NCBI GenBank assembly: GCA_030704615.1
Contig: CM060734.1
Coordinates: forward strand, 52,452,001-52,516,000
Length of the DNA stretch: 64,000 nucleotides
Direction of reading: 5' to 3'
Origin: Takakia lepidozioides
Lineage: Eukaryota; Plantae; Bryophyta
The position numbers and the translations under genes are program-made. Under the pieces are notes generated by a model. The model was not told the DNA's origin. It was given only the letters and a program-made list of their open reading frames with translations, and did not search any database. Of this stretch, positions 1 through 11,047 are shown one piece after another. Each line of letters begins with the position of its first letter. Within the stretch, counting starts at the first letter, position 1.

Positions 1-2
1 AG

Positions 3-707
3 CACTTTGGCTGCATGGTGGACCTTCTTGGACGTGCGGGGCGATTGGATGAGGCAGAGGACCTCATTAATAAAATGATAATCAAACCAGATGTTGTGGT
101 GTGGAAGGCCTTGCTTGGTGCCTGCAGAATCCATGGCAATGTGGAGATGGCTGAACGTGTGGCAACATCTATTCTCAAGTGGGATGAACAGGATTCCGCG
201 ACTTATGTGTTGCTATCTAACATCTATGCCGCAGCTGGCAGGTGGGACGATAGTGCAAAGGTGAGAAAAATGATGAATGTGAGAGGGGTTAGAAAGGAGC
301 CAGGTCGCTGCTGGATTGAGGTTGGCAACAGGGTGCACACCTTTGTTGTAGATGACAAATTGCATCCCAAAATTAGGGAAATCCATGCTGAGCTGAGAAG
401 ATTGTCTGGGCAGATGAAGGAGGCAGGGTATGTGCCTGACATGCGCTTTGTATTGCATGATGTGGGGGAGGAGCAAAAGGAATTTTCTCTGTGCCACCAC
501 AGTGAGAAGCTGGCCATTGGTTTTGGGCTGATCAGCACGGCCCCTAGGACGCCTCTGTGTCTCATCAAGAATCTTCGGGTGTGTGGTGATTGCCACACCT
601 CCACCAAGTTCATCTCAAAGATTGTTGGCCGAGCAATTGTCGTACGGGACACTAACCGCTTTCACCACTTTGAAGATGGGGTTTGTTCTTGTGGGGATTA
701 CTGGTGA
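3..707 (+). CDS. PLS-class PPR protein, E/E+/DYW C-terminus (organellar C-to-U RNA editing factor), 5' part outside window
   Basis: Open frame from window start (HFGCMVDLLGRAG), PG box KEPGRCWIEV, deaminase motifs HSEKLA and CGDCH, ends CSCGDYW-stop. Confidence 0.97.
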   Translation, partial: HFGCMVDLLGRAGRLDEAEDLINKMIIKPDVVVWKALLGACRIHGNVEMAERVATSILKWDEQDSATYVLLSNIYAAAGRWDDSAKVRKMMNVRGVRKEPGRCWIEVGNRVHTFVVDDKLHPKIREIHAELRRLSGQMKEAGYVPDMRFVLHDVGEEQKEFSLCHHSEKLAIGFGLISTAPRTPLCLIKNLRVCGDCHTSTKFISKIVGRAIVVRDTNRFHHFEDGVCSCGDYW

Positions 708-2590
708 GACAATGATTTTCTGGAAAGGTGCGAGTGTCTTGCTTCGTTCATTGATCTGTGTAGCTACTTGGTTCATCCACCAGATCCTGAGAATTTGACC
801 ATGATGTACTGTTGATGGCATTTCCGGTGGCATACCCACAGGAAATGATAGTCAGGTCAACCAGCCTAAGTGATGGACTCCATGACTTAACAAGATTACT
901 TCATAAAATACTAGGAGAAAATCTGTGTATCTAGAGCTCAGATGGCACATAAGTTCAGTTGTCAGACCAAGGCTGGCACATGAGAGTCATTACTCCTGGG
1001 TTACCTTTGGGGTCCTTTCTGTAAGGGGGAGGAAAACTGTAGGGATCTCCAGACCAGCCCGCCGCAGAGGTCAGTAAGCATTAGATAGTACATTAGATGG
1101 TAAATTTGATGCCGTGTAATGGAAGTGCCTGGGAGGTTAATTCTCTTCCACGGATGTCAAAGGTCAAAGTGCTGTTAAAAAAATGGAAAAAGAAAGAATT
1201 AAACATATGTTCCCAAATCAACCCAGCAGATTCCAGGATGGGTGGGCGGGCACTGTCAGTAAGATAACAAGGTCTGCTTAGTGGACACGGTGCTTCCCAG
1301 TGTACTTGGCATATGTTGGACATATACGCAAAGTGTTCATGTGCACTTTGTCTTACCACTCCCTAGTGTATATTTCAGTAACTGTGAATCAACTCCAAGA
1401 ATTGACCAACATACTAATTGTAGAGAAGTTAGCATCTCAGCCAGGTCTCATTGTCTGCCATCACAACGTTCTATAATGTTGACAAAAACAAAGTTCTCAA
1501 AAGATGGATACAAGGCTACAATAATGAAAAGGCCTACACAGGTCCTCGTCGCAGACAAAATTGGCTTGCACTTGGTGCTGTAGTTAAAACCAAGAACGAA
1601 CGTATCATTGGATCATGCACTTGGCTATCAATCCAAGAATAATCCCCTCGTGAAACCCCTGCAGGGACAGCACATGCCCCTTTCAGGGAGGGAAAAAAAA
1701 TATGTGCACAGCTCAACCTTGCATCGTAGCAAGTAAGGTCCCCTGCCCGCCTTTATATGTCCTCACAAAGGAACAAGTTAACTTCATCAAGGCATATGAA
1801 TCAAATAAGTTATCAAGAAATCAACCACTAGAGTAATCGAGATTCCAAGAGGCGAAATTTTTTCTTCCTCTCAATGAACGAGGCCCTGATGAACTGATGA
1901 ATCAATACCGGCACTAATTGTCACCGTTAATCTATGCCAGTCCAAATAAAGAATTTGCTGGTCTCCTTGAAGTTCCACCATTGTACATTCTGCACAAAAC
2001 CAAGCAGGATTGTCAGATCTGTCAACCCTCACACTGCTGTCTTCATCAAATACTCACCTACACACTGTGTGTAGCTGCACACACACAAGTAACCACTGGG
2101 TTACTGCACAACCAGGAATATGATTTAGTTACTAAACAACATATCGACATGTTTTGTGTTTCCAAAGGCTGTCCTCAATGTAGACACTGGTTCCTCCATA
2201 CAAGGCACGATTGCAAACTAGACACCTAAACTCCTGGTGAAATGGTCAACTGGAAGCCAGGTATGGTGGGTACTACTGTTTGCTTCGATCCGAACGCAAC
2301 ATGACAAACTACGCACAAGAAAGGTCCTTTGCTTGTTTGGAAACGTCACCAGATTACACAAAGAACTAGCTCATGCAACCGAATTCATTGGCTACATAAA
2401 TCAAGATTCTGTGAAACAAAAAGTCACCTGCAAACTTTGCATGCAGGCTTACCTTCAAAAACTCATCATTGTCCCAAAGAGCTCCTTGATGACTGTGCCT
2501 GCATATTGAAGAGGCCAAGCTATTGTATTTGAATGATGACCAAATGCAGAAATTGCCTGCGATTCGCCGCCGATTAAAGGATACAAACCC

Positions 2591-5500
2591 TCAGGAGGGG
2601 GTCAGGCTTCCATTGTGATCTTTTGTGTCAAACTTCTTTTCCTGTTGACTCAAATCTGTGTTGCTGTTGCTGGCAGCATCAACCAACTCTCTACCAATGT
2701 GGGAACTATCACTATCTAAATAGGTGGAGTCTAAGTCCTTAGATTTACTGAGAGAAAGAGGAAGCCCAACACCATGCAGCAATGACGTCCCTGTCATTTT
2801 CTTTTTCCGGCTCCAGCTAGTTGATGACGACGACTCGTAGTGCACAGGAGGCCCAACACGCAGTTTGTTGATGGTCTCCAGCTTGTGTTGTGTCTCAATG
2901 GGCAAAGTACTAAAGCAGCCACAACAGACGCAGCTACTGTCCAGCCCACATTGTCCAAAGGGCCCATGGGGCGAAATGTGGGTGTGCTTTACACAAAACA
3001 CACTCTGGCACTCTCGACAAAAATGCTTGCTGAAACTCATCCGCCAATCTGACAAGGAATGCCAACGATCAAAGCGCACATTGCACCCCTCACGATGATT
3101 GCATCTGCATTCACCCCCACGATAGCTCACTTCTTGTGAGACAATTACCATTTGTCAAGTCATACGGAACTTTAGCACTAGTAACACAATTGGCCACAAG
3201 CTCTGCTACCAGGTGACTGAGTGTACACAAACAAACATCTTTTCAGGCTTCAGTGGAGCATCTCTGTGAGCCGTATGTACATTGTACAAATCATGCTAGA
3301 GTACGAAAAGCGTACCAACTGCATCTCTATTCATAACAGAGTAAATATGAGAGGACTCAGGTAGGAGTGACATATAAAAGAGCACAAGCATTCTGCACCT
3401 CCTTCTGTATTGCTACAATTGCAGTGAAATTCACGTCTTTCAGAATGACCACCAGTATACAGTCCTGACCTGTGTTTTCTTCTCTTGATGCGTGCTGTGA
3501 GACCCTCTTCAACTTTCTGTGGAGGCTTAGATCCATGCTCTTTGCAGTCCACATCTCCGTTGTTCTTCAAATCATTATCATTACGAGTGGTCCCACTTGG
3601 ATTGTCTGACATTGAGATACTTTGACTATCTACTTGGCTAAAGGAATCTTCAGTACTGAAGTGGATGCCTGGTGGTCCTGTTAAGTCGAAGCCTCTGGTC
3701 AAATTGCTCTCAGCTGAGCATACCCCACTGCTGCTTGACCCCTCTGTACTTCCGACATGACCTTTTCCAAGTTCCTGTACTTGTAACCCACTTTGCAGCC
3801 TGCTCTCAAATAATGAAGGCGAGTTCAATCCTGCTGTGTCGAGATTGGAAGTCAAAAAAGCCTCCCTTTCCATTGCTGTGTCAATTAACATTGCTTCCAG
3901 ACTATCAGCTCCTGTGACAAAACGTGCAGAGTCACTTGCAGCTGATGGTCCAGACCTTCCGATTATAACTCCATACCTAGAGAGGATCCAGATTTTGGTG
4001 TGTATGCAGTTCCAAGTCACGAGAACCAGAACACTGAAACGGGCCAGAGTCCTCAGGACAAGATTTTGACTTTCCTGCCCTTCAACCACCTTCGACCAAA
4101 GCCAACTCAACACCTTCACTTTGAAGATTACCCAAGCTGCCATTGTGACACGGAAACAGAAGCTATTTCTTGAGACAATGGCTAGCAAGAGTAGGCCACC
4201 ATTAAAGGAATTGATCCACGCCCACGGATTACCAGCACTGCTCCTGATAATCTCCTTCTCTTGAAGTGGTGGCAGAAGTACGTGGTTGGGCTCCCCATGA
4301 TGAGGAAGAGGACTAGCATGCTCAAGCGGGGACGTATCGGCATGGGAGAGAGACTGTGTTGAACCAGGAAGAAGCACTGCCATACATCCATCCAGCACTA
4401 TCCAATCAGATGGGCCATGGCCCCCCCATGCCTGTACTCTGTAAGACAATGGCTTTCCAAGATGGACTACATTTGTGTCTAAGAAATATTCCTCGCTGGT
4501 ATCAGCAATTTGCCCCCAAGTTGAGGTAGTGAATGACCAGCGTTGAATTAAGTACTTGTGCACAGGAGGGTAGCCTCGGAAGACAGGTGCTCCCCAATGG
4601 AGTTGTATACCACCAGCACTGGAATTTTCACACTTTAAGCCTTGAGGGGGACCTGACGTGGCCCCAATGCCAAAGATCTGTCGTACTATGGCTTGCGTAA
4701 TCTTTGTGCGGTGCAGTAGACTCTTCACCCCCAACTCCTCTGCCAAAGCCCTGCTCTCATTTTCAATTAGAGCTGGGAAATCCAGACCATTTATTGCAGT
4801 CTGACGGAATGTCTCAGCATACTGTGGCAACTGAAGCCCATGAGTGACCCACTCCACTACGTGGTCAGCTGTCATCATATTTCGCAGATGGTTCTGCAAT
4901 TGTACAATATATCCTGTCAATAGAAGAACACCAAGGTACCACTTGAAGGTTGCCCACGCCATCCGACCTTTGTGTAGCGATTGACCCCTTTGATGCCCCA
5001 AATCCTCTACATGCCGTTGTTTTGGAGGTTGAAGAGTTTACTCTCATTCCGCAGAAGTCTAGGAATCGCTACAACCCTTAGGGAGTAGACTTAAGAAACT
5101 GAGATGTGCAAAAGTATCCTAAAGAGCCCACCACCAGGAATAGTTTTTCATACACAGAATGTAGAATCAAAAAGTGATTTCACAAACTTCAGCACAATTG
5201 CCTATTATACATTTGACGGAATGAACATGAGACACTTCTGGGCAAGACACATTCTTCTATACATTTGCAAAATTTGCAGAGAGGACATGCCCTTTCAGGA
5301 ACACCTATCACACCAATATGGGGAAAAAGAACACAAAAACCAAAAGCCTTCTATGTTGTTCTTACCAGCAATTCGTCTGCAGAGATGGCATTTCCCCCAT
5401 AGCTGAAGCTAAAGTCAAATTGATGAGACATTGATGAGTCGGTCATCCCCTCTACTGGTCTGCAATCATCCTCCTCCTCTGATCCATCGGCCAATACCAG

Positions 5501-7545
5501 TCTTGCATCAACTGATTTCAAAAACTGCAACCTCCAACGTCAGTGTAAGTAATGGCACGAAGACAACATGTATGTATGGAAAAGAGACGAGTGGGAGGAA
5601 TTAGACAGAAAGTACCATATCAATGTTAGAGCCTACTAAACTCTGAACTAACATTTGAGGGATTAAAAGATAGCCACATCCAAAGGTAAAGAGAAGCATG
5701 CGAGACGAAAACAACGGCATACCAAAACCTCAAGGAAAGAAACAACATGAAGGAAGGAAACCAGAAAGAATGTTATTTGTATCACTTACTGCATCAATAC
5801 AAACAGAGATGTAAATTGTTTGGTGATGTTCATAGATTGCACAACTTAAGTGTGGCACTGGTCCTGCAAGGGTTGGAAACTGTAATCTCCGCTAGTGGTT
5901 GCAGGCCACGGTGTGCGTTAACCTGTCTATCCTTGGTTGGGCTTCCCTGAAAGCTTTGGGGACTGAAAGTAATTCTGGAAAGATCTGTAGGGTTTGAAAT
6001 CAGGGGTGCACTGCTTTGGGTTCACTTCTCCCACCTCTTTGGTTGTGCCTTGGACTAGTCATGGGCCTTGCTAGAGAGAGAGCTGAAAAGAACTCCCACT
6101 TACGGCTTAAAAGTCTGTTCTTGATCATCTTGAATGTATACGTACTTAGGAGTGTGAGAACAGTTCATAATTTCTTCACAAGGAGATTCAACACAACCCT
6201 CTATCTTGAAGCAACTTCCTAAAATGAACATTTGAGACACAAACAATTCCTTGGAACTGAAAAGTCTTGAAAAAACTGTAGAACTGGCTTCTGGAAGTTG
6301 GCCATGAAATACTACACATGCAGATTGCCAAGAGGATGGCTCATAAATGCAATAAAACAAGAGGAGCCTTGATAAGAACCTTGGTGGCTTCGCCCTGCTC
6401 AATCTCTCCGTCCCCATCCTCATCAACAGAGCAAAAAAAGGTTTCCAAATTGTGCTCGAAGTCTGTGCATCACGGTACCAGGCCACATGTGTCACAGCTT
6501 GACCCCATGTGCCCCTGCCCACCATGACGTAATAAGCATGCAAAGCAGATGACACTTGAGACATCAATAGGGAAGAATTTTTGACAAGCACAATATGACG
6601 TTTTTCTCACTCTCACCTATCATCACAGAGAGGCAGATATCTGGGCGGGCAAGGCAAGCAATAACAGTCCTACAAATCACCTGCCTAATTGAAGGTTGTA
6701 ATTCGGGTACAGTGGATAGGTTAGAGGCACGACGGTATAAAACATGGAAACAGAATAGCTAGGAACGTTCCTCTTGAGCCATTTACAACAGTCCTCCCAC
6801 ACTTGTGACAGCTAGCAATGACCACCCATAGACTGTGGCAAGTCCTTCTCAGGAGCAATCTCTGGTAAGACTCCCCTTTCTTCTCCCTCCTCACAGATAC
6901 CAGCTGGTAATGATCCTTTGAAATCGAATCCCGCACCTCATAGCTACCATCACCATCACCTTACCATTAGGCTACTCGTCGCTGCAAAATACACCTAGGC
7001 GTAGTAACCCCTAGCAACCAAACCCTCGGACAGAAACGTTGAAAAACCCTTCCGTCTCTCAAGAACTACTCGAGCCTGTCCATCTCACAATGCACTTGAG
7101 GCCACAAAGATTGTGCGCGTTTTCTCTCCATTTCAAATGCAGGCAAAAGTGATCATGGATTTTCAGCGCAACGACATGGCGAACAATTTTTTCCGCTTAG
7201 GATTCAACAATGTACTTCGGTCTGAGCCTACAACGCAGAATTTTATAATGCACTCCTGCATGCAGCCCATCATTCAAGCTTTTCTGCAAAGGGGAATAAA
7301 TCCCCATTCTTGACCTTCTTTTACACATTCCTAAACATGTAGCCAGCAATAGAACTCCAACCTCTCGATTTCCAGCTGGCTGTTTTGGGGACGAGAAGCA
7401 ACAATAGCAGAAACCCTAAAGAGAGGAGGAATCTCCAAAATGCACGCTTTCCGCAGCTGAAGCTCGGTTCCCTACATCTAGACATACAGCGCCGCCCTTG
7501 TTTCATGTCGTTCCGCGGTCCTTGATTCTCACAATTGCCATCCAT
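2591..7545 (-). CDS. STIM-like membrane protein: signal peptide, EF-hand, SAM, FN3, TM, FYVE-like Zn finger (about 787 aa; exons 7545-7362, 6462-6380, 5524-5366, 4893-3470, 3104-2591)
   Basis: Manually spliced with GT-AG introns and matching phases (1,0,0,2), 2364 nt without internal stop. Hydrophobic FWRFLLSLGFLLLLLLVP; EF loop DEDGDGEIEQGE; SAM TADHVVEWVTHGLQLPQYAETFR...HRTKITQAIVRQIFG; FN3 IQLHWGAP...YRVQAWGGHGPSDW; hydrophobic segments about 3960-4230; C-terminal KHFCRECQSVFCVKH...CCGC. Start codon uncertain (7545, 7506 or 7485). Confidence 0.82.
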
Positions 7546-8155
7546 ATGCAACACCTGTATGTTATCCCACCTTGAAATGTCTTCCAGAGTAAACCCCTTT
7601 TACGATCACGCGTCAGAAGCACTACCTACAGCTGAAGAATTTTCACGTCACAAGCATTATCACGTGCCAATGTTGGCTCTCCATTGTGCGACATTCCTGC
7701 GAGCCAGAGGAAACTCATCAAATAAAAATAATATAACGAAACAGACTCGGAAATATCTTCACGAGATTTGCAGTTCGCCTTCAAACAAGAACAGGGATGT
7801 GAACGTGCAAGGCCATCGACTCTTACAGGACAGTAAATCTGGAGTGAAGGGCTACCTCATGTAGATTCCGCAGTAAGGCAGCCCAATGCTGCAATCAAAC
7901 GCGCTGGAGTTCCCTTCTTACGTAATCCTCGCTTCAGCTTTCTTCTGGTTGGAACAGCTGGAAGGACTCAACACGGCACGTGTCTCGTTGAAAAAGAGTT
8001 CCAGCGAGCAAGCAAGCCACACCTCCCCGAGTCCTACCTACCAAGTCCTAAAAAGCGTCTACCACCCAAGTTTTCTCTGCCGACATGTAGGGAATTCCAA
8101 AAAGGCCTTGATGTGAAATGCATCGCAATTCACTTGATCACCCCCTAAAAGTGCG

Positions 8156-8314
8156 CAATTCTATTGAATTGTTGGCACACGATTCAATTGAATTGCGAAT
8201 TGGCAATTCAATTGAATTGTCAACTCACAATTCAATTGAATTGCAGTCAACAATTCAATTCAATTGTCAACTCGCAATTCAATTGAATCGCTAGTTGGCA
8301 ATTCAATTGAATTG
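8156..8314. repeat. Subterminal array of the 16-bp palindrome CAATTCAATTGAATTG (7 copies, 23-24 bp period)
   Basis: Copies start at 8156, 8180, 8204, 8228, 8251, 8275, 8299. Confidence 0.9.
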
Positions 8315-10933
8315 TAATCTATAATTTTTAACTTATTTCTGTATATAATATATATGTATATATTTAAATTATACATATATACATACACAGATATAAGCTA
8401 CAAATACATGTTGCCCGTCTATTCTTGCTGTCCGTCTGTCAATCCTTTGCCCGTGGTAAGGCTTGAGCCCAAGATGAGAGAGAGAGAAGATAAAATGTCT
8501 TGTCGAGACATGGACAAGACCAAACAAGGTCTTTGTCAATTTGTATGACAAATCAGCCTCATAACGAGGCACTATCAATCACTCTTCATTCATAAACCAG
8601 TCTGATGACATGTAACAGATCTCACAGTTCATGAAATCTCTGGGAGGGGGGGTGGGATCATATAATTACCACCCATGTTCCCATTAATAAACTGGAGAAG
8701 AAGTTCCAGTTTTCATATAGCCATAATGGTCAGATTAGAGCAGTAAACAGCTTCTAAACTATTTACACATGAAGGGAAAGTCCACACATCTTGTTTTTTG
8801 TCCCAAGACCTAGTTTCAATCTGGGGCCAGTGTATAAATGGATTCAAAAGGTTTTGAGCAGTAAGTGATTACTGATAGTCACAGACTATAAAGAAATCCA
8901 GAAAAACATGTCATGGTATATGCCTTAGTAGTAAAGCCAGTCTATCCAGAGCCCGTTTTAGGTCTTGGGGCAATCTGTATCTACTCCAGTAAGGTACTTG
9001 CAAGGTCACAAACAAGTAGAGAAGGACAGGAACCCATATGGTCTGCATCAGGCAGCATACATGGCCTAAAAACAAAGGATTGTGGTTCCTTATGTCCTCT
9101 TACTTAGCTGCTTGATATCATTCAAGCCATAGCATCATACCAGTCCCATAGACCGAAATAAAAAGCTCATGTTGTGCTGTAAGACAGCAAATCCAGCATC
9201 ATCACGTAGTGTAGCAGAAATCAAAGGCAAGAGTCTTTAATAGAAAGTATGTGTTCTAATAAAGCTCATCTAATGTATTAATGCTCAACAGGAAGAGTTG
9301 GAAACATAGCCAGAAAGATCAAGAAATGGGGGCAGATTCGAATCAGCTCCCTGAAGAAACAGCTTGAGTCGACTTCACTTCATCTTGCTAGTTTTCAATC
9401 AATTGCAAGCTTCATGAATCATATTAAGTGAGGGCCCTCACCTGGTCCCATCACATGCAGTCAAAAAACAATGAAGTTAGTGAAGATGTGGAACCCCAGG
9501 TGAATATCAGGCCTCACGCTTGTTATCGCTGTACAACATGCGTTCAGAAAGCAAGAAGAGATCAAAAGCAAAGCAAAGATATTCCACAACCTGAAGTGTT
9601 TGTGGAAGAGGATTCGACATAGCTCCAAGAACTCGATAATCAACAACCCAAACAACAATGGTTTGCTGAAATCTACGAGCATTTTATCAGGTGAAGGGAC
9701 TTCCTGATGGTTTAAGAGCGGCGCTGGATCTTAATGACCATTGAACGGAACGGCAAGCAGTCACAGCTTAAAGTAAGTTGTCCGTCAAGGGAAGAGACAA
9801 CCTCATTGAGGGAATTGAAGCTCAGCCGCCTTTGTATACCCCAAGGGGATTTGAAAAGTACTGGAATCTTGCCAGAGCACTTGTAGGCTGTCATAAAGCT
9901 TCTCCATAGCCATCAGATTCACAAGATTTGTGCTTAAATGATCCCTCTGACACCATCTCTCAGCTCCATCAGAATCATAACGCACGAGTATCGTGCAGAG
10001 TTTAAGGGCGGAGGAAGAGATAGGGCAAACCTTCGCGATTTCATCCAGAATAGATGAAAAATAGATAATGTAAAGTATTTCCCTAATTCCATCATGATGT
10101 CATCCAGTAGTGATGGCATCCAAAAGTAGAATCTGGCTTTCATTAGGGTTTAGTTTTCATGACCAAACTCATCCAAAGAACCCAGTAATCAGAGAAATTG
10201 CTATAATGGAATTCCTCCATTTTCGTGATTATATCCATTGTGGATTAAAAAAGGTTTAGACAACATTAGTCCAAGCCGGCCTGGGTTTTGGAAAAAGTAC
10301 AAGCAAATTCCTTGTACAGAGGGAGAGGGAGAGGGAGAGTGAGAGAGGGAGAAAGAGCGCTTGTAAAAGCGGGATTGTCTCTCTTTGTGGATGTTGGTGC
10401 CAATATATGGCTATGTACATATACCAAACATGATACCAATGTAAGAGTATCAACGTGTAAGAGTTTGATATATTAAACTTATATAGAACGCACATCCCAA
10501 CTTCAACATGATACCTTTGTAAGGGTATCGAAATTTTTGATAATTCTCAAGATGAACATATGTTTTGTTTTCTTTGTCCTAGACTAGATACTAGTGTTAG
10601 GGGACTACATGGTGATGCAGGGGAAGCCTTTCATCAATTGTCAGGTTTGATTTTGCCTGTTTTTTTCGGAGCCAACCATGTTTCTTTTGCCAGTGAATCA
10701 CAGGAAGCTGCTGATCTGTCTCCGTCTCTGGCTCTCCCTTTCTCGCTGAGACTGAGGGTGGCTTCAAAACTCCACAATTTCCTGAAGGGTACAAGAAAGA
10801 GGGCCAGCAAGAATAGACGGGCAATATGTATTTTTAGCTTATACTCTTATATGTGTATAAATATAATTTGAATATATACATGTACATATATATTATATAT
10901 TATATACAAAAATAAGTTAAAAATTATAGATTA

Positions 10934-11047
10934 CAATTCAATTGAATTGTAGTCAGCAATTCAATTGAATTGCCAATTCGCAATTCAACTGAATCGTGTG
11001 CCGACAATTCAATTGAATTGCAAATTAGGGTTAGTTCAATTGAATTG
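10934..11047. repeat. Mirror array of the same palindrome in the right TIR (5 copies)
   Basis: Copies near 10934, 10957, 10981, 11005, 11032. Confidence 0.85.

Noticed and set aside
15-707. Possible U-to-C (KP-type) DYW editing factor
   Set aside because: It has a standard PG box, HSEKLA and a DYW terminus, i.e. the ordinary C-to-U type.
4894-5001. N-terminus of the 556-aa ORF as the true start
   Set aside because: It lies upstream of a TTGCAG acceptor at 4894 and is best read as intron; the same holds for the ORF tail 3331-3469.
8156-8314. CRISPR-like repeat/spacer array
   Set aside because: Spacers are only 7-8 nt, the array is mirrored in a TIR, the context is eukaryotic and there are no cas genes.
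8400-10800. hAT transposase gene
   Set aside because: Only short broken ORFs; no convincing catalytic motifs could be read.
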